From a virus (lineage: Duplodnaviria; Heunggongvirae; Uroviricota; Caudoviricetes): 9,305 nt of DNA. The translations under genes were made by a program, and so were the position numbers. Location of the stretch: IMG/VR virus record IMGVR_UViG_2711768006_000002. One strand, written 5' to 3'. This document shows positions 7,473-9,305 of the stretch, piece after piece (within the stretch, counting starts at the first letter, position 1; every line of letters starts with the position of its first letter). The notes below the pieces were generated by a model. It saw only the letters and a list, made by a program, of their open reading frames with translations. It was not told the origin of the DNA and ran no database searches.

Positions 7473-7714
7473 CAGCGCAGCACCTCCTGCACCATTTTTT
7501 CAAACTTTCCAACTTTGGTTTCCAGCTCTGCCACACAATCAACGAGCTCATCCACCGCTTTTTGTGCGCGATGTTTCGCCTGCATCAGTTCCCTGAGCGC
7601 TGGCACCATATCCCGACGAATGGCATCTTTTGTTACACCTGTTTTTTCCAGTTGTTCCGCCTGTCGCAACATTTCCTGCGCGTGTTTACGCAATTGTTCA
7701 GAGGTAAAAGTCAT
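7472..7714 (-). CDS. Hypothetical 80-aa protein, predicted helical/coiled-coil, nin-region
   Basis: ATG at 7714 (the ORF track begins at an upstream TTG), 12 nt after the helicase stop. Product MTFTSEQLRKHAQEMLRQAEQLEKTGVTKDAIRRDMVPALRELMQAKHRAQKAVDELVDCVAELETKVGKFEKMVQEVLR is charged with heptad-like spacing. No family recognised. Confidence 0.6.
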   Translation of the reverse strand: MTFTSEQLRKHAQEMLRQAEQLEKTGVTKDAIRRDMVPALRELMQAKHRAQKAVDELVDCVAELETKVGKFEKMVQEVLR

Positions 7715-7725
7715 TGTCTGGTTGT

Positions 7726-9117
7726 TCAAAAGAAACGCTCCATCTTACTGCTGTCGGTACGTGTATTGCTGTATCTGCGCGGCTGGGGCTGCCGCATTGG
7801 GGTGGAAAGAACCTGTGCGCTTTCCTGGTCCACAGGCAGAAAATGTCCGTTATAAAAACGCCGGTAAATCGTCCCCAGAGAACCGTTACGTTGTTTCGTG
7901 ATATTAATTTCTGCTATGCCTGTAGCCTGTGTATCCGGGTTGTACACTTCATCCCTGTAAAGCATCAGAATGATGTCTGCATCCGCCTCTATTTCTCCGG
8001 AATTTTTCAGGTCTGAGTTCATGGGACGTTTATTGGGTCTGGACTCCACACCGCGGGAGAGCTGGCTCAGCGCAATCAACGGAAAACCACCGGATTTTGC
8101 CAGGCCTTTAAGCCCCTTTGAGATTTCACCCACGGCAAGGTCATGACGCCCCGTGGTTCGGGTTTTTATCAGCCCGAGATAATCAACCACCACCAGCGCC
8201 GTTTCCGGATGTTTAATCAGATGGTGTTTCGTTGTTGCGCATATCTCATCAATGGTCAGGTTCGCCTGGTCCACCATCCAGATATTGCGCCCGGTCATCC
8301 GCCCCACCCCTTGTGAGAAACGCGCCCAGTCTTCATCTTCAAAGTGAGCCACAGATTTCAGGCGTGATACTGGCATCCCTCCAGCCGCAGACACCATACG
8401 TTCACCAATCTGGATGTTCGCCATCTCCATGGTGAACAGAAGCACACCATGCCCCTGCTCAGTCACCTTGTCGATGATGTCCAGCGCAAGTTCGGTTTTC
8501 CCCATCGAAGGACGGGCGGCAATGAATACCAGGTCTCCGGGCTCCATACCGCCTGTTTTTGCGTCCAGTTCATCAATACCGGTCATCAACGTCCTGGATT
8601 TCTCCAGCCCCTGATTCCGGCATTCAACACGCTCAACCACTTCCGGAAGCACATCATCAATATGTACCGGCTGAATGACGCCCTTTCCTGTCGACAGTGT
8701 GACCATCATGTTCTGCGCATCCTTCAGGGCATCTTCAGCTGCTTCACAGGTATGCGCATCACGTAATTTCTGCAGCGCCTCATTCAGTGTTTTTTCTGCA
8801 TCGCGCAGTGCGGCATTGCGCCGCAACGCTGCAACATAGTGCTCCAGTGAAGACTTCACCCAGGTTTTACGCCCGGTATCAGTAATCACCGGGGCAAGTT
8901 CCGGCATCTCATTACACAACAGCACGGGGTCAATCACTCCTGAAACACGGGCCTGTCTGCAGATGCCTGTGTAGATATCCCGATACGCTCGTACAGAAAA
9001 AATGTCCGCCGGTAGTGTGATCAGAATATCCATCACTTCATGATCTGCCCCACGCAGAAAGAATGCGCCAATGACAGCGCCTTCCAGGTCATCATTACGC
9101 CAGACTGGTGTTGTCAT
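7726..9117 (-). CDS. Replicative DNA helicase, DnaB family (phage-encoded)
   Basis: The ORF track starts at GTG 9258. The ATG at 9117 is preceded by AGAGGTG and gives MTTPVWRNDDLEGAVIGAFFL, a DnaB-like N-terminal domain. Walker A (FIAARPSMGKTELAL) and DnaB-like C-terminal motifs are present. Confidence 0.9.
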   Translation of the reverse strand: MTTPVWRNDDLEGAVIGAFFLRGADHEVMDILITLPADIFSVRAYRDIYTGICRQARVSGVIDPVLLCNEMPELAPVITDTGRKTWVKSSLEHYVAALRRNAALRDAEKTLNEALQKLRDAHTCEAAEDALKDAQNMMVTLSTGKGVIQPVHIDDVLPEVVERVECRNQGLEKSRTLMTGIDELDAKTGGMEPGDLVFIAARPSMGKTELALDIIDKVTEQGHGVLLFTMEMANIQIGERMVSAAGGMPVSRLKSVAHFEDEDWARFSQGVGRMTGRNIWMVDQANLTIDEICATTKHHLIKHPETALVVVDYLGLIKTRTTGRHDLAVGEISKGLKGLAKSGGFPLIALSQLSRGVESRPNKRPMNSDLKNSGEIEADADIILMLYRDEVYNPDTQATGIAEINITKQRNGSLGTIYRRFYNGHFLPVDQESAQVLSTPMRQPQPRRYSNTRTDSSKMERFF

Positions 9118-9305
9118 GCAGCCACACCTCTGATACAAGAACGGTAGCTGGGCCAGTTGAACGACAACCAGTTGCGCCCCCCGTCTGTGATCCTGTCGGC
9201 AATGCGGGGGCTGATGAACGCTGGATTTGCCCCTATATTTCCAGACACCTGTTATCACTTAACCCATTACTGGCTTGCTGCCGTAGATATTCCCGTGGCG
9301 AGCGA

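Noticed and set aside
7464-7901. 145-aa Cys/Ser-rich plus-strand ORF
   Set aside because: It is antisense to the helicase, the 80-aa gene and rusA, has no RBS, and its composition is what the reverse strand of the coding sequence would give.
9118-9305. Possible 3' end of an upstream replication-initiator gene at the window edge
   Set aside because: All three minus-strand frames stop between 9233 and 9270, and the short open stretches carry no recognisable motif, so the frame cannot be assigned.

Overview
This window is the replication-to-head portion of a lambdoid/HK97-type temperate prophage from an enterobacterial (E. coli-like) genome, with every supported gene on the minus strand. Reading in the direction of transcription (high to low coordinates): DnaB-family replicative helicase, an 80-aa unknown protein, RusA resolvase, a Q antiterminator with a candidate pR' promoter and tR' terminator, an ORF6N-domain cargo gene, a four-tRNA array (Ile-CAU, Arg-UCU, Thr-UGU, Gly-UCC), a phage-21-type lysis cassette (pinholin, SAR endolysin, Rz/Rz1), an HNH endonuclease, a candidate cos region, P27-family small terminase, large terminase, a small two-helix membrane protein and an HK97-family portal. 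Two N runs (4412-4610 and 4868-5117) interrupt the lysis cassette, so holin, endolysin and Rz are only partly visible; the first run is too short to hold the missing endolysin and Rz sequence. I found no CRISPR array, IS element, integrase or attachment site, and no recognisable defence or toxin system in the readable sequence. The most unusual content is the cargo slot between tR' and the holin (the position where Stx phages carry toxin genes), part of which is hidden by the second N run. All protein calls rest on recalled family similarity and motifs, not on database searches.
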